64,000 nt of DNA from Psilocybe cubensis (GCA_017499595.2 CM039001.1:310001-374000); one strand, 5' to 3'. Positions 38,704 to 52,550 are shown, numbered from the stretch's first letter. Notes: a model not told the origin generated them from the letters alone. Numbers and translations: made by a program.

Positions 38704-39039
38704 ATGACGCGAAGCATATTCACCCCGCTACTATCCGTTCTTTTCCTACTACTTCTAGCCAATTTTGAAATTGCCTTTGCTCAAGGCGTCGCCGACATTC
38801 CGCTCACGGTGGTTACAACGACGCCCACACCTCCAAACCGCCAAGCCGGTTCATTCAGCGGGGGTCGTCCGGGATGGGACCCGCGCTGGGGAATCGGGCC
38901 CGTTATTCCACCGCCTGGCGTACTGGATGAACTAAAGGTAGACGATAGCGACCCGCCGTCGTTTTCTGATCCTGAAACGGGAGACGGGAATGCAGGAGAC
39001 ACCTCAGGGGATAAAGTCGATCCGCCGTCTGATGAGTAG
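38704..39039 (+). CDS. Small secreted protein (111 aa), Pro/Gly/Asp-rich
   Basis: Signal peptide MTRSIFTPLLSVLFLLLLANFEIAFA; single exon; GRPGWDPRWG core and acidic tail. Confidence 0.65.
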   Translation: MTRSIFTPLLSVLFLLLLANFEIAFAQGVADIPLTVVTTTPTPPNRQAGSFSGGRPGWDPRWGIGPVIPPPGVLDELKVDDSDPPSFSDPETGDGNAGDTSGDKVDPPSDE

Positions 39040-39445
39040 AGGGACCAGTCGTTGTGAGAGCAATCTGCTCATTCGTAGGTCATCATTTATCCCTCCATTA
39101 ACTTCAACTCACTCTTATACGCACTTATTCAGGGTGAATAATTCGCACCTTGTTTACGCTTGTCAGGTTTCGACTTTCGAGGAGATTACAGAAGCATTTT
39201 ACTACGATAGCGTCAATAGCAATAGATTATGTTCATGATGTAAACAATCCGAAACTGTAAGAGATGTCCGTGTTAGTAGCTAGTATGTAAAAAAAATAAA
39301 AGAAAGGAATGAAAGCATCAGTCCACATGCCAGGGTTATGTCTGGTATAAAAACAAAATCAAGAAAGCACAGCTATCGAAACCATTAACACCACCCATAA
39401 TGCATCTCCACCCACCAACTCAATTCAAGCCATCACATCCACACC

Positions 39446-42027
39446 CTACCGATATCCTCCTTGCTGTTGATACGAATTCAACTGCGTCGTGGACGTCGCG
39501 TACTCATGTCCATGCGCATGTGCCATGGGTGGCTGCCCCGAATATGGATCATAGGCATCATTCCCAAACACCTGGCTCCTACTTCCAAACGAGTTGGTGC
39601 CACGCCCCATATCATCCTTATACGGCGCATGTATGCTGCTCCCCGTCTCATCCGCGTAGCCCGCACCGCCCTTAGCGAGCGGCACAAACACGCTCGACGA
39701 GTCATCGTGCGTCGTCCACCCACTGACGGCGGGCTTGCCACCGACCGCACCCGCACCAGCAGCCATACCCGCGCCGAACTCTTTAGACGGCGGCATACGC
39801 GCTGCGCTGCGCGCCCGCCGCTTCATGCACACCGCGATCAGCGCGCCGAGCACACCCACGACCACAACACCACCGACGATGCACCCGATGATCACCGGCA
39901 AATTGCTCTTCTCCTCCTCACCCGCCGCGTTCGCGTTCGCGTTCGAGTTCGAATTTGTCTTGTCACCTGCGCCGGAGACGCTGTCGAGGCGGACGCTCGC
40001 AGGGAGCACGCTGGCAGGCTGCGTAGGCTGCACGCCGATGTTGCCTGAGCCAACAATGAGATACGTGCCGTTGCTCGGGATGCCGTCGACGACGACGTAG
40101 AGGAATGCAGGGCCGGGCTGGAACAGGTTCGGGTTCGGTGGAGGCTGCGCGACGTGCAGCGTAATCGAGCCGTCTTTGTTGACAGTGAACGAGGTCGCGA
40201 GCTCCATGTGCCTTTGCCCCATGTTCATGGCATGGGTGGTCACCCCGCCGCGCATAATCACAACCTTGGTCTTCTCCGCCGCGGCGTTCGCAGCGCCGGT
40301 GTACGAGCTCGCCGAGAGCGTGATGTCGAAAGCGGGCCCACCGTACGATAGCCTGTTTGGAACGCCAGTTGGTGCGGGGCGCACCTTCGCGTTGAAGTAA
40401 GGCGGGTAGAAGATCTCAGAACGGTACTCGGTCGGGTACATGACGTCCATATTTACATCCGCATTGGGGTTCGAACCTGCGACGAACACCGACGCATCGG
40501 GGAGGAGGATCGCAACGGAGTGGTACATCCTGGGGATCGTCGACGGAGCAAGACCCTTGTTTGACCAGCGGCTTCCCCGCGGGGCGTTGGGGTTGTAAAT
40601 CGCAGGTGTGAAGACGGGGTCGGATGCCAGAGATGGTCCAAACGGCATCAGCGGGCCAGGCGTATCGTTTGTCTTGTCGGCGTAACCAGCGGTGCCGTTG
40701 CGTCCACCGTTGATCATGAGAAGTGTTCCATCAGGCAGATTGATGAACTGGCCCATCGTCCGCCGGTCAATCATATCGTCGTCCTGTTCGTATGCAACGG
40801 GCTTTGTCTTATCTGCGGGTTCGGGTGTCAAGCGCTGGCAGTCGGCCGAGGCGGGGAATAGCCAGGGGTCGACGTTGGGGCCGCCGTAGTCTCCCCAGTT
40901 ATCATCTGGCATGTCGGAACCACCGCAGAAGAGTAGCGTTGGTGTGTAGTTGTTCTCCGGGGTGAGGGGGAGCATGGCGACACCACCAGAGGCGGGGTAG
41001 ACACGAATGACGCCCTTGGGCATATCGGGTAGAGGATATTCTTTATTGAGACTGTGGTCCCACAACACTATTAATAGCAGTGGGAATGAGATGAAATATG
41101 TAACCGAAAGGAAAATGTGTACACGCACTTGTAGAATGGTTGGCTTGCACAAGCATCAAGCCAGAGGGCATCAGGTAGGTGTGCGCATAAGAGTTCAGAC
41201 CGGAAGTCTTGACCAAGAAGTCGACGACCTCCGCATCCTTAGCCTTTGCGGGGAAATATTCGTAGCTGTTCTCCGCAAGCCCAGCCTGAGTGATAGCGTC
41301 GACATTGGGTCTGTCCGGTTTCCAGCGATTTATGTATCCACCACTGACAAATCCGCCAAGGATGACCACGGTACCATCGCCGAGCGGCTCAGCTGCAGCG
41401 TACCAGCGATTTCTCTTCATAGAGAGGTGCTCAATCTCGTCGTACCATGTGCACTTGGGGGACAAGAAGTTCTCGTTCGAGCTACAGGGGTTGAGGATAC
41501 GAATCGCCTTCCTGCCGTCGAAATCTTGGTAGATGCTGTCCCAATGTCCCGTTCCGTCTGGGTTCTTCTGAGAACCGACTTTGCCGCCGATTGTGATTCC
41601 GTCGTTTCCGCCGAAGGTGACGAAGGAGCCGTTGGGAAGATGCATCCCTGAGGAACAGAAAGAATTGCTTTTGACATCCATAACATCGACATTGTGTGTC
41701 GCAATATCCCTATGACACAAAAGATCAGATGATTCCCAATGACGAGCTGTGAAGCGGCGCACCAACGAGAACCCCAGGCAGGGTGTCCTGCAACCTGAGC
41801 GGCGTTTCCTTCTGCTTTGTCCAAAATGTATACGCCCTCATTATCACCAAGGAACATCTGGCGCGGGAGTCAGAAGACGAAAGAGGTGTGATATAATCGT
41901 AACTACGTACCAGCAAAGCGCTAACTTTCGTATGACCTGCTTCCACGAACGAGCCACCAGTGGCCGCCTGGACAGAGTTTACGAACGCTCCTAGGCATAG
42001 CGCCACAACGTGGAGTCGTGACAACAT
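39446..42027 (-). CDS. Copper radical oxidase (AA5_1, glyoxal oxidase family) with C-terminal TM anchor
   Basis: Signal peptide; LDKAEGN, SNSFCSSG (Cys), RWY, RMYHS (Tyr-His), THAMNMGQR (His); TM IIGCIVGGVVVVGVLGALIAV followed by KRR. Confidence 0.95.
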
Positions 42028-44459
42028 TTGGGGAACCCAATGGGCGGGGGCAAAGGGAGGGGGGCAAGTAGTAGGAGGAAAAGGGAAAAGATTATGATGG
42101 AAACAAGGGCACTGCCCTGAGGGGGGTTAATAGCGACAAGTAGAATCTTGGCTGGGCCTCGAGCTGGAGGACAAGTGGCGATCACCAAGGGCATCACCGC
42201 ATTCTTCCTCAAAAAGTCCCAAAAGGACCACTCTTGGTGAGCATTTCGTGGCATTACGGTCCACAACCGATGCCGTTATCAGCTAGAAAATGGGAAAATA
42301 TGCCCACTTGGCAAGGTCCGGTGTGTATGGACCGACGAACAAATCAAGGGAGCTCCGTCGTAGCTTTACGTTCATTATAGATTCTAGTCTACTTGAAGCC
42401 TTGCATTTAGGATGGGGACAAAGTAGAGGCCGAGTTTGCTGCCATGAAGACTTGAAGTCATAGGCTACCATAAGAAACGTGGCTAAGAAAACTGAGTGAG
42501 ATTTTCAGGAGGAGAGGCGTTTCCTTGGCGTGATTTATTGGCGTGATGCCGTTACGTCAATAATCCTACGAAAATAAACCAACTTCCATTTTCGCACGCA
42601 AACTGAACGCTTTTCCACATCCTGTCTGCAACTTTGCGTGAAGATCAAGACAAACATGGTATGAAGCCTCGAGCACTGAACAGCGTCTGCGTATGGGCGT
42701 TAACACCGTTGCACCCGACCGTACAGTACAGCCACACAGCAAGCATTCGTGTTGCTGCCCATGAGGCGCAATACGGTGTACGCTAGCCATCCCAAATGGT
42801 AAGATGGTAGGTTTACATATACAACGCCACCAACTCCCACAGCATCTCGGAAATATCTCTTTTTTCCAGCAAGATAAATCATCACCGCAATACACGAAAA
42901 TATAAACCGCGATTGTTAATGTATGGGCGTCGGGTCTGAATATTGACTTCAAATCAGCTAACTAAGGCGTTTCAAACTGGATCTGCAAGATTATGTTCAT
43001 TAAATTTGACAGCCCTAGGAAGATACTAATAAAGAAAAATCAAGGTATTTCGTGCACTTGGGCATTCAATACATTTCCTATATGTCAACTGTGAAGTTTG
43101 GCTGACTATTGATCGACCTCAGGATCTAAGCGCCCATGATTTGTGACACGAGCTCACTATAATTAGTTCAACTGGTAAGAAGAGTGGAGTTCAGGATAGT
43201 TTATCTTAGTTTAGATATCTGATCCAAAGAGGCGCGCGTCAATCTCCCGTGGAATCTTGTCTCCGTCTCGTGTAGTAAGAACTGGCCTCTTCGGTTTGTA
43301 TCCGTCAGCCCATTTTGACGGACATTGATCGCCCCACAGAGGTTTTCCTTTGAAGAGTTAGAAAACAATAAAGTAGCCAGTGGATTCAAAATCGGTCAGG
43401 CTCAACGGAAAAATTGACACAATCCAACTATACACACGCCAAGCCTGTTGCCTTCGCTATATCTGACACGCTCTTTCAGCTCTACGCTGTTCTACGCTAG
43501 GCCGGATTTGGGCTAGAGCCGTCGTTACTTCGAAAAGTGTGGTCTCGGTCAAACTCAATTACTTTATTAGCTAGAAATTTGGGTGCATAGAAATTCAGGG
43601 CAAGTGTTGAATGACTTGCCTCAGGAGTGCAATGATGCATGATATGTAGCAGCAGGAATGTGGAGAGAGCGACGAAGAATAAGCTGAGAACTGAATTCAG
43701 GGATGGGGTACCAATAATGATTGATTGACGCGCTGTGATCCATAGCGGGCGTCCAGACAACGCCGACTCCCAAATATGAGCAGATTCAAGCCGCAACTGT
43801 TGATGCCACTGGATGGCACATTCTTTACTGATAGCCCTGATTGTAAGTTCATCATGTGATGATTCCCATAGTCCACATGACCTTCTCCTAAACAGGACGC
43901 GGTGGGAACGCGAAGGGTTGGTTCACGGGAAAGCATCAAAATATATCCTATTGCGTTGTATAAATGCATTATACATATATCATGTATGTTGAAGAAAATT
44001 TTCTAAACATTCAAGCTTGTACTAAATGAAGGGGAATGCAATTGCTCTCTCTCATTAAGGTCCACGCGGTCGCGTGACTCTTGTTCAGGGGAGGCTTAAC
44101 GGCTCGGGAAGCTGTGGAATGAATTTTAATCTACTTTCGTCATTTCGACTCCTGCTACTGCCGCACTGAAGTATTTTCAGACGTGTACATTGTCAATCTA
44201 TTCTCTTGATATGTTCTCAGGCTTTGGATTCTGTCTCAGGAACCTTCAACATTCTGTGGATAAGCTTACAACCAGCGACAGATGTCACTACACCGTCGTG
44301 CAACACTGCCTACTAGCTTGACGTCGTGGTTCCGTAGTTCAGCGAGCGGTGTCGATATGCTGTATCACTGTTGATATTCATATTTTACACTTTTCAGCAC
44401 TCTATCCTCCATCTCCCTCTCTCTTTTCCCTCAATCTTCTTTCGCTTACTGGCACAAGA

Positions 44460-45504
44460 ATGAAATCCGGTATCAAAGGTGAGAAACGCCGTATCACATG
44501 TACGCCTTGATTCAACGATGCTTACAATTGTCGTCAGTGATGGTTCTTGGAGACTCTCGTGTAGGGAAGGTATGCATTTCACGTAATGCCCTTGACCTGC
44601 TATCATTTATGTTTCATTGCGTGCATGAATAGACATCCCTCCTCGTCTATGTTACAGAGAATCAATTTCGAGTAGGCTAAATCTCAGCATTTTAAAGATG
44701 GATCATAGCCTCGGAGCTAACACATACACCTGATTTGAGATTCATTTTGACCCCACCGGTATGTACCGTTACTTGACCTTTGTCTTTGTATCCAAATTCT
44801 AGCGATTAATTTTAGATGTTCAGTAGAGGAATTCTATGGAATGAAATACAAAGCAGGTGACGGGAACGAGTATCTGCTAGCAATGTACGACACAGGGGGC
44901 GAATACGAGCTCGATCACTTCCGCTCTCTATATTATCCGAGGACGGACGTCTTTTTGCTGTGTTTTTCTGTTCTGGATCCTGCCAGTTTTGACAATATAC
45001 GGACGCTGGTATGGATATATCCACGTTCAATCTTCTTAATGTGGTTTTAAGCAAGGTTGTCATCGAACAGTGGGCCCCTGAGGTCGCCGATTATCTTCCT
45101 TCTGCTGCAACGCTGGTGGTGGGCACGAAGGTTGATTTGCGGCATGACGCGACGGTGATTGACGCGCTGCGAGATAGGTGTGTGGTGAAAGTCCGAAATG
45201 AAATTGCACCTTTCAACAAATTCCATTATTTAACCGTGCTTGCCAGGCGTTCAGCGCCAATTCAATATGAGCAGGGAGTTTCGATGTGTAAGGATGTAGG
45301 AGCAGCGGGCTATGTTGAGTGTTCTTCCCTCACTGGGTATGGAATCAACGTTGTCTTCGACGAGGTGGTGAGAATCGGGAGTGAGTAATATTTCCCTCAA
45401 AATAACTTGTCTGGTTCAACAAAGTCGTACTGATTAAACTCAATTTAGGAGAACTCCCTGTCAAACAACCGCGTCGACCACCCCGAGCATGCATCATTGC
45501 ATAA
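44460..45504 (+). CDS. Atypical Rho/Rac-family small GTPase 1
   Basis: Spliced: MKSGIKVMVLGDSRVGKTSLL...FDPTVEE...YDTGGEYELDHFRSLYYP...GTKVDLR...ECSS...RACIIA* (CAAX). Confidence 0.9.
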
Positions 45505-45544
45505 TAAAAAATAAGTGTTTATTAACCATCAACAGAAAAAGCAA

Positions 45545-47101
45545 TTATGTATGTGGAGTGAAGGCAAGCTGTTGGCCTTTCGCTGCTATCTTCGCTAGAT
45601 AAATGTTCGTGCGGCCTAGAAGAACCAGCCGCCCGTCCCCGGCAAACGCCATGTTGGATACGGTTCCACCCGTGAAAAACTTGCCTAGCAGAATGCCGTC
45701 GGGAGACCAAACGTTTACGCCATCTCCGCATGCAGCGTAGACGTTTCCGGCGGAATCCAGCTCTATGCCATCTGGAATCCCGGTGTCTGCGTATGCGAAT
45801 ATCCGTCTGTTGGTGAACACCTGAGATCTCGGGTCCACATCAAATTGGAATCTATGCAAAAATGAGAGAGATTGGCAAGGCTCGTAAAGCGTGATGCTAG
45901 ATGCCAGCAAGAAAGACGAACATTGTAGCGGTTCTGGTCTGATCGTTTATGTCGGGACCATTGATGGCCCCTGTATCTGTGCTATTGCGATTTTCATTGA
46001 ATGCTGGTGGAGAATCGCAACGAAGGACGATGGACGCACACATAGGCTCTTGTTCCGTCGTGGCTGAAAGCTATACCGTTGCATTGTTGGAAGTCAGTGG
46101 CAACCACTCGCGCTGTGCCCGTCGTCGTATCGAATCGGTATACCTGGTTCGGAATCATAGCTGGCGGGCGTAGTTGAAATAAGGCGCCGAAACTATGAAG
46201 TAACTCGTTATCAGTGGTATATTTTAACTTGCTTGATGAGGGCATAAATTTGAAATGGGACTTACGAGACATCAGTGAAGAAAATAGCCTTTGAGATGGG
46301 GTGTATTTTGATGTCATCCAGCGAGTTGAACTGCCGTCCATAGAAATTGTCCAGAAGGACAGTTGCGTTGTATGGCTCCTTCGAGTGTACGAGAACTACG
46401 GATGGCGGAAGTGGTCCTATTCCATCCGTTACAAATAATAGTGACGATCCAATTGGACCTGTCCCGCCATTAATTTGTTGAAGTGAAAATGGCACATTTA
46501 CCTAGTACTCCGTGTAACCGTCAGCTGTATTGGAGGATTTTTTTGGCAATTTGTGGGGTAAGAATGAGCGCACCTGGGTAGCTGGAACGTTGACTGCAGT
46601 CGCGTTTAAAGGACCTTGTAGGGTCTTTAATGCGGTTTCCACTGTACCCATGCTGATCTTATTTACGACATTCTGGTTCTCAAAAAAGCCTACGAAAAAT
46701 AGTTCGTCCGTGTCTTGAACATAGATGGGAGCTTCGTGAGTTATTGACGGAATGGTAGTATTTGACGATATCGATTGGAAGATTGGATTGGGTCCAAGGA
46801 CGTCAAAGAATGCATGATCGAACACCTGTATAAATGGAGGACTGGATTGCGTTGGGTTGAAGAACTGGGTGAAGGACGAGTTTCGAAAATTGCTTGATTG
46901 GGATCCTAGTACGGTATAATTCTTGGAGTCTATGACCTGCAATTCTTTTGTCAATTGGAGGGTTAACTAGAAAATTGGGACGGTACCTACCACTATTTGT
47001 GCAGATGTACTCGATGCAGAGGGCATGCTGATATGGGCAGAAATGCGCAAAACATAGATCGTTAAACCGAAGAATAGGTTTGGTATAGATTTTTGCATCA
47101 T
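45545..47101 (-). CDS. Secreted SMP-30/gluconolactonase (lactonohydrolase-like)
   Basis: HEAPIY, NGGT, LDNFYGRQFNSLDD, IFFTD, CNGIAFS, GIPDGIELDSAGNVY; signal-like N-terminus. Confidence 0.92.
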
Positions 47102-48779
47102 GGAAGGTCAAAATACTGCACTGAACAGGTCTGTAGAGATATGCTACGCAGATTTTATTTAAACCCTGCTTCTGAGGCTCATTTGGGGATATGGGGCCCA
47201 TGAAGAGATAGTATTTCTGTCGTTGCTTATAATTTGTGTCTCCAGCAAAAACCTGAAACTTCTCCAATTTCCCATCCAAGATTGAAATAGTCTATGCACA
47301 TCCAATAAATCCACACCTGGGCGTTTGTTTGCGATGCGAGTCGCGTCACTCCTGTCAGTCTGTGGTCCGGAATAATGCAAACGCTATTATCTTTTGCTAC
47401 AGCCTGAGATACCTGTTGAATTGTCATTATTATTTGTGAAAAAATGGTCATGAAAGCACTATATTTAAATCGTCAAATGGAGCAAGTTTAGCAACAATGA
47501 TATCTAGGTATGAAGATACACAGAGTCCCGAATAGGTTCGGCCAGGGCGGTAATGATCCAAGTTTGTACTACTGACAAAAATTCTTGAGAGAATAGCATG
47601 GTGAATGGCGTTAACGGTTGTAGAAATAGATCATTGGATTCACCAATCCCAATTTCTATACTTCCACAATGCAACCTGGGGCGCATCTGGCATTCACTAA
47701 CCTACTTAAATAATATCAAGGAGCGCTCAATTGCGGCGCTTTGGCGCTCCATGATGTTTCGACACTATTTCTGGGGGTACCAAGTTTGGTGCTAGATAAA
47801 TATCATACTACTATTTCTACGTGGATACGAATGACTATGCGCAACGCGTGTATTAGCACCAGTACTGCGTCAACATCAAGAACAAGTATCAAAGATAGGG
47901 GTTAAAACAGCTGATCGCGTGATCGCGACTTTTTGTTCAGGGCCGGTAAGCCAGGAAGAGGAGCAATTTACGCACCACGAAGTGCGTTAAACTTTCAACT
48001 GACAACATGTCGCCCATGGTCTAGGGAGTTTCTTGGCTCTCTGTGGTCAGTACCTTGATTTCTCCCTTAAAATACACCTCCGTTCCTCCATTATTCGGCC
48101 ACAACGCAAATAGTTCTCACCGGCAACCCCGCGAAGTGACATGTCGGGCGTCAAGCTCACTTTCGTTCCGACAAGTAGATTGTAAATGAATCTAGTCAAT
48201 GTTGTCTCTTTTCCCAGGTGAATATACATTCTACTACTAAGTCCGCGTTCACTTACAATGATATCCTGTCGATGATCGCCTTTATTTATTAACACAGCCC
48301 CAATTCGAACATTAACAGGGCTGAACAGCCTTTTCTACTTATTTTTGGGCGCCGCTTCGCGTGTACAGGGACTACTTTTGACGAGAATGTGGGGAAGCAA
48401 CTCGAATAGCACGTAAGTTGCATATATGATCTCTTTTAAATAATATTTTGAACTCATACCGTATACAAACTGGTTCAGACGATCCGCCTCCCAGACACAA
48501 TGAGGAGTTCGGAAGTGGTAAACTAATGCTATCATGAACTGCTTGATAATCAACAAGTACACATTCATTTCTGTATAGAGGGATATCGCCACGTTTTCGG
48601 AATGCAGGCGTCATATGCGAAAGCAGAAGGCCACAGTGTTGTGTTCGGCATAATGCCGTGGCAGCTGTGCTGTGTTCTTACTTCATTCTCTCCGGGCAGC
48701 AAAACACTTTTCACTTTGTCTATTATCCTGCCCTCATTACCGTTCCTTTTTTATTTCCTCTATTGCCTATTCGTTGACC

Positions 48780-49784
48780 ATGTTCTCTGCAATTAAATGT
48801 AAGGAATGGTCATTGTATCAATGATATTAATAATCTCATGATCAACGTCAGTGGTGGTACTTGGAGATGGCGCTGTGGGCAAGGTACGTATATCTGTGAA
48901 ATACTTTATGTCGTTATACAACTAATCGCACACTGCAGACATCCCTTCTCATTACCTACACGACCAATACATTTCCAGTGCGCCTGCCCTGTTTGTCATA
49001 AATCAAGTTCATGTCTAATTCGGTTTCGCTATTTAGACTGATTATGTCCCCACCGGTACGTTGCTTCTGAAGGTAGTCTCCAGGTCGCTCAACCTATCCT
49101 GTCTCTCAGTGTTCGACTGTTATACAGAGCGGCATATAGTTGATAATACCGACGAATTCCTTATCGGCCTGTTTGACACGGGGGGCGGCGAAGATTACGA
49201 CCGCCTTCGGCCATTGTCGTACCCATCGACGGACGTATTCCTGCTTTGCTTTTCTGTGGTTGAGCCAATCAGCTTCGAAAACATCCGGTCAAAGGTGTGT
49301 CGACCTATTTTATTGGCGCAACGCTGAATATTATGCTCACATCTTGCGATCATCTCGCAGTGGGCGCCTGAGGTGGCCCACCATCTTCCTTCTGCCGCTG
49401 TCCTGGTCGTTGGAACCAAGATCGATTTGCGGAATGACGCAACAATTGTTGATATGTTGCATGACAAGTAAGCGTGCAGTCATCAAGACTCCGACCTCTG
49501 TTCGTTGACGTTGACTGTCCAATTTAGACGCACAGCGCCCATCCAACGTCAACAAGGAGTGGCTTTGTGCAAGGACATAGGGGCAGGGGGCTATATCGAG
49601 TGTTCTTCGCGCACTGGATCCGGAATTAGAGCTGTATTTGACGAAGCAGTCAAACTTGTAGGTGAGGATTTTCCCATCTATCTTGTGATGCAATATACCA
49701 GGACGCTGATGACAGGCGTTGAAAACAGTGAATTCAGCATCTAGAAGAGTACCGGAATCTTCCAGGAGGTGTGTGATTGCCTAG
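48780..49784 (+). CDS. Atypical Rho/Rac-family small GTPase 2
   Basis: Spliced: [39 protein letters not shown]...[18 protein letters not shown]...GTKIDLR...ECSS...RRCVIA*. Confidence 0.92.
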
Positions 49785-50061
49785 AGTCAGAAAACCCCTG
49801 CAAGACTCGGATAATGAGGGTTGGGTGTGACCTGTGCGGGGCTGTTCGTCATATAGGTACTGCTTTTATTTATAACCCAATCAATCAATCGAGAAATGTC
49901 CAACAAAAGCAAAGCATTGGGGACATGACAATGTGTCATCTTTACTCATGGTATCGTTACATATGCGCGAGGGGATTGCCTTGATGTTCTTCCTTCTTGG
50001 CCCTCTTGGAGGTTTGAGCAGTGAGTTTACGTTTCCCACCTAGCTATCGTGTGTTTCAGAC

Positions 50062-51038
50062 ATGCGTAATCCCCCCATTCTTAAATGTGAGCGTTGTATC
50101 ACGTCAGTTCGACCTCAACTTACAGTTGATGGTTAGTGGTTCTCGTCGGGGATTCTACAGTTGGAAAGGTGCATATAATATATCTAGTAATATTGGGCTA
50201 TCTAACCTGACGCTTGATAGACATCCATGCTCATTGTCTACACATCAAATAAGTTTCCCGTACGTTAGACCAGGTATTCTGACAGGTTTTCGCAACCGAA
50301 TGATATTTTACAAAGGACAATTATCTTCCAACAGGTGCGTATGGACGCCATTGCACACCATATGTATTGAAATCATTTGCATTTAGTATTTGATGGTTAC
50401 TGTGCCAGACGCATAATCGATGGCAATGAATACAGCGTATCATTGTTTGATACTGCAGGCGGGGATGAATACGACCGCCTCCGCCCACTCGCTTACCCAC
50501 AGACTGACATTTTTGTAATGTGTTTCTCTGTTGTCGATCGGACGAGCTATGAAAATATCAGTTTGAAGGTACACAGTCCCTTTCTATTTTTCTTTCCCTT
50601 TGCATTCTTATTTTCATCTTGCCGTTTATACTTTTAGTGGGCCCCTGAGATTGAACATCACAATCCATCTGTACCCATTCTTCTCGTTGGAACAAAGGTC
50701 GATTTACGAAATGATTCTATGCGAGACAGGTACGTAGGTCAAATGATTAATGATTATAATAGCGAATTCATAATCTTTCTGGTACAACAGACATAATTCC
50801 ATACTGGAACACCATCATGGGATGACGATGTGTAAGGACATCGGCGCTGCATACTATGTTGAATGCTCTTCATACACCGGATGCGGTGTCAAAAGTGTCT
50901 TTGAAGAGGCCATGAGGCTAGCAGGTGCGTTCGAAGTATACTTTGATTTGATAAATCTCTGTCAACACATTACTATTTACAGCAAATCCTCCTCCTAAAC
51001 TCGTACCAGCTAGACGTAGAAAGTGTGTTGTTACATAA
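50062..51038 (+). CDS. Atypical Rho/Rac-family small GTPase 3
   Basis: Spliced: [23 protein letters not shown]...DNYLPTVFD...[18 protein letters not shown]...GTKVDLR...ECSS...RRRKCVVT*. Confidence 0.92.
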
Positions 51039-51477
51039 TTTAATCTTTCTTTAGTCAAGAAGTAGCATCTATGAATCATAATTTACTTAGTATGCGAATT
51101 ATGTGCTCGTTCATATTTTGAAAAGAGACTAAGTATTCTGAGCTGAGTCCCAACCACAACGTGACTGTTTCTATGTTGAATTCATTCGCACGCTTCGAGC
51201 TTCACGAACAAAATCTTACATTGATCCAATCCGAAAAACATATCCTCTCCTGCGCCTAGAGCTGATGCAATATCTTGCCACACATACCGATATGCTTTCA
51301 ACGTCAAAAGACATCACCAAATTACGACACACACACGACTTGGACATGCATAGCCTTGACGTGACTCGATTCTTGAGGCCCCTCCCTAGCTAACCTCCCA
51401 CCATTCACACCAGAGAAAGCAAGCTGAGAATTATTGGCATTTTCTTGTAAAGAGGTGCATCTGGCAAGGCAGACATT

Positions 51478-52550
51478 ATGATGCACAGTATCAAATGTGA
51501 GTTCATTGATCGTCAATTTCATACCTCCTGTGTTTCAATGGGCTCAACAGCGATTTTTTGAAGGTGTAATCGTCGGAGATGACACAGTCGGAAAGGTTGT
51601 CGCCTACATAGTACTCAGAAGTATTCAGTGTTTCTGATAGACAACATGGTACACAGACATGTATAATCACAAGACGTGCAGAACATGGGTTTCCCGCCGT
51701 GAGTGGCAGAGTCACCAGTCAGATTCCTCAAGCTTCCTCCTCATCCTGCTTTCTTATGAATCTCAGACCGAATATGTGCCATCTAGTGCGTTGAATCTGA
51801 TAATTTTCCCACTTTTAACACAAATCTGACATAATATTTGCTCAGTATATGGTGGATATGCAGAGAACCGCAGAGTAGACGGGAAAACATACAGTTTCGG
51901 ATTTTGGGATACCTCGGGGGACCCGAGGTATGATGATCTTCGGCCCTTGTCTTACCCAGACACGGATGTATTCTTGATATGCTTTTCAATTGTCAATCCA
52001 AGAAGTTATGAACATGTAAGGACAAAAGTGGGTCCATTTTTTGTTTTCCATTTTGTCGTGTATACCTAATGCTAAAATTTCTGCGTTCTATTAGTGGAGT
52101 CCGGAAATCACTTTTCACAATTCGCGTACCCCAGTCATGCTGATCGGTACGAAGAGCGACTTGCGGAACAATCTTGTCATAGTCGATCATTTGCGTAATC
52201 AGTAAGTCACACAATTCAGTCTGTGTTGGATTCCTAACGCTACCTTCATTCGTCATATTACTTACACCCTAGTCAATTTTGTTTCTTCAGGAATACAGCT
52301 CCTATACAAACGCATCAAGGAATAGCAATGTGTAGGGAAATTGGGGCAGCTGCTTATCATGAGTGCTCTGCTTTTACCGGCGAAGGCATCAACGAGGTCA
52401 TTGATGAGGCATTTCGAATTGCATGTACGCTGCAATTTCCACTAATGCGAATATTTTTGAAAGTGCTGACCTTCATTAATCATCGTCGGCTCAGTAAGCT
52501 CTCCTGGTGGAAAGAAAAGAACGAGGAGTGGCTCTTGTATTATTGTCTAG
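51478..52550 (+). CDS. Atypical Rho/Rac-family small GTPase 4
   Basis: Spliced: MMHSIKCVIVGDDTVGKTCII...TEYVPSIYG...WDTSGDPRYDDLRPLSYP...GTKSDLR...ECSA...SGSCIIV*. Confidence 0.9.

Noticed and set aside
39256..39290. Weak inverted similarity to 19461-19490 plus CTAG|T as an alternative right end of the element
   Set aside because: Only a 7-bp exact match in AT-rich 3'-UTR-like sequence and no adjacent hairpin; cannot be distinguished from chance.
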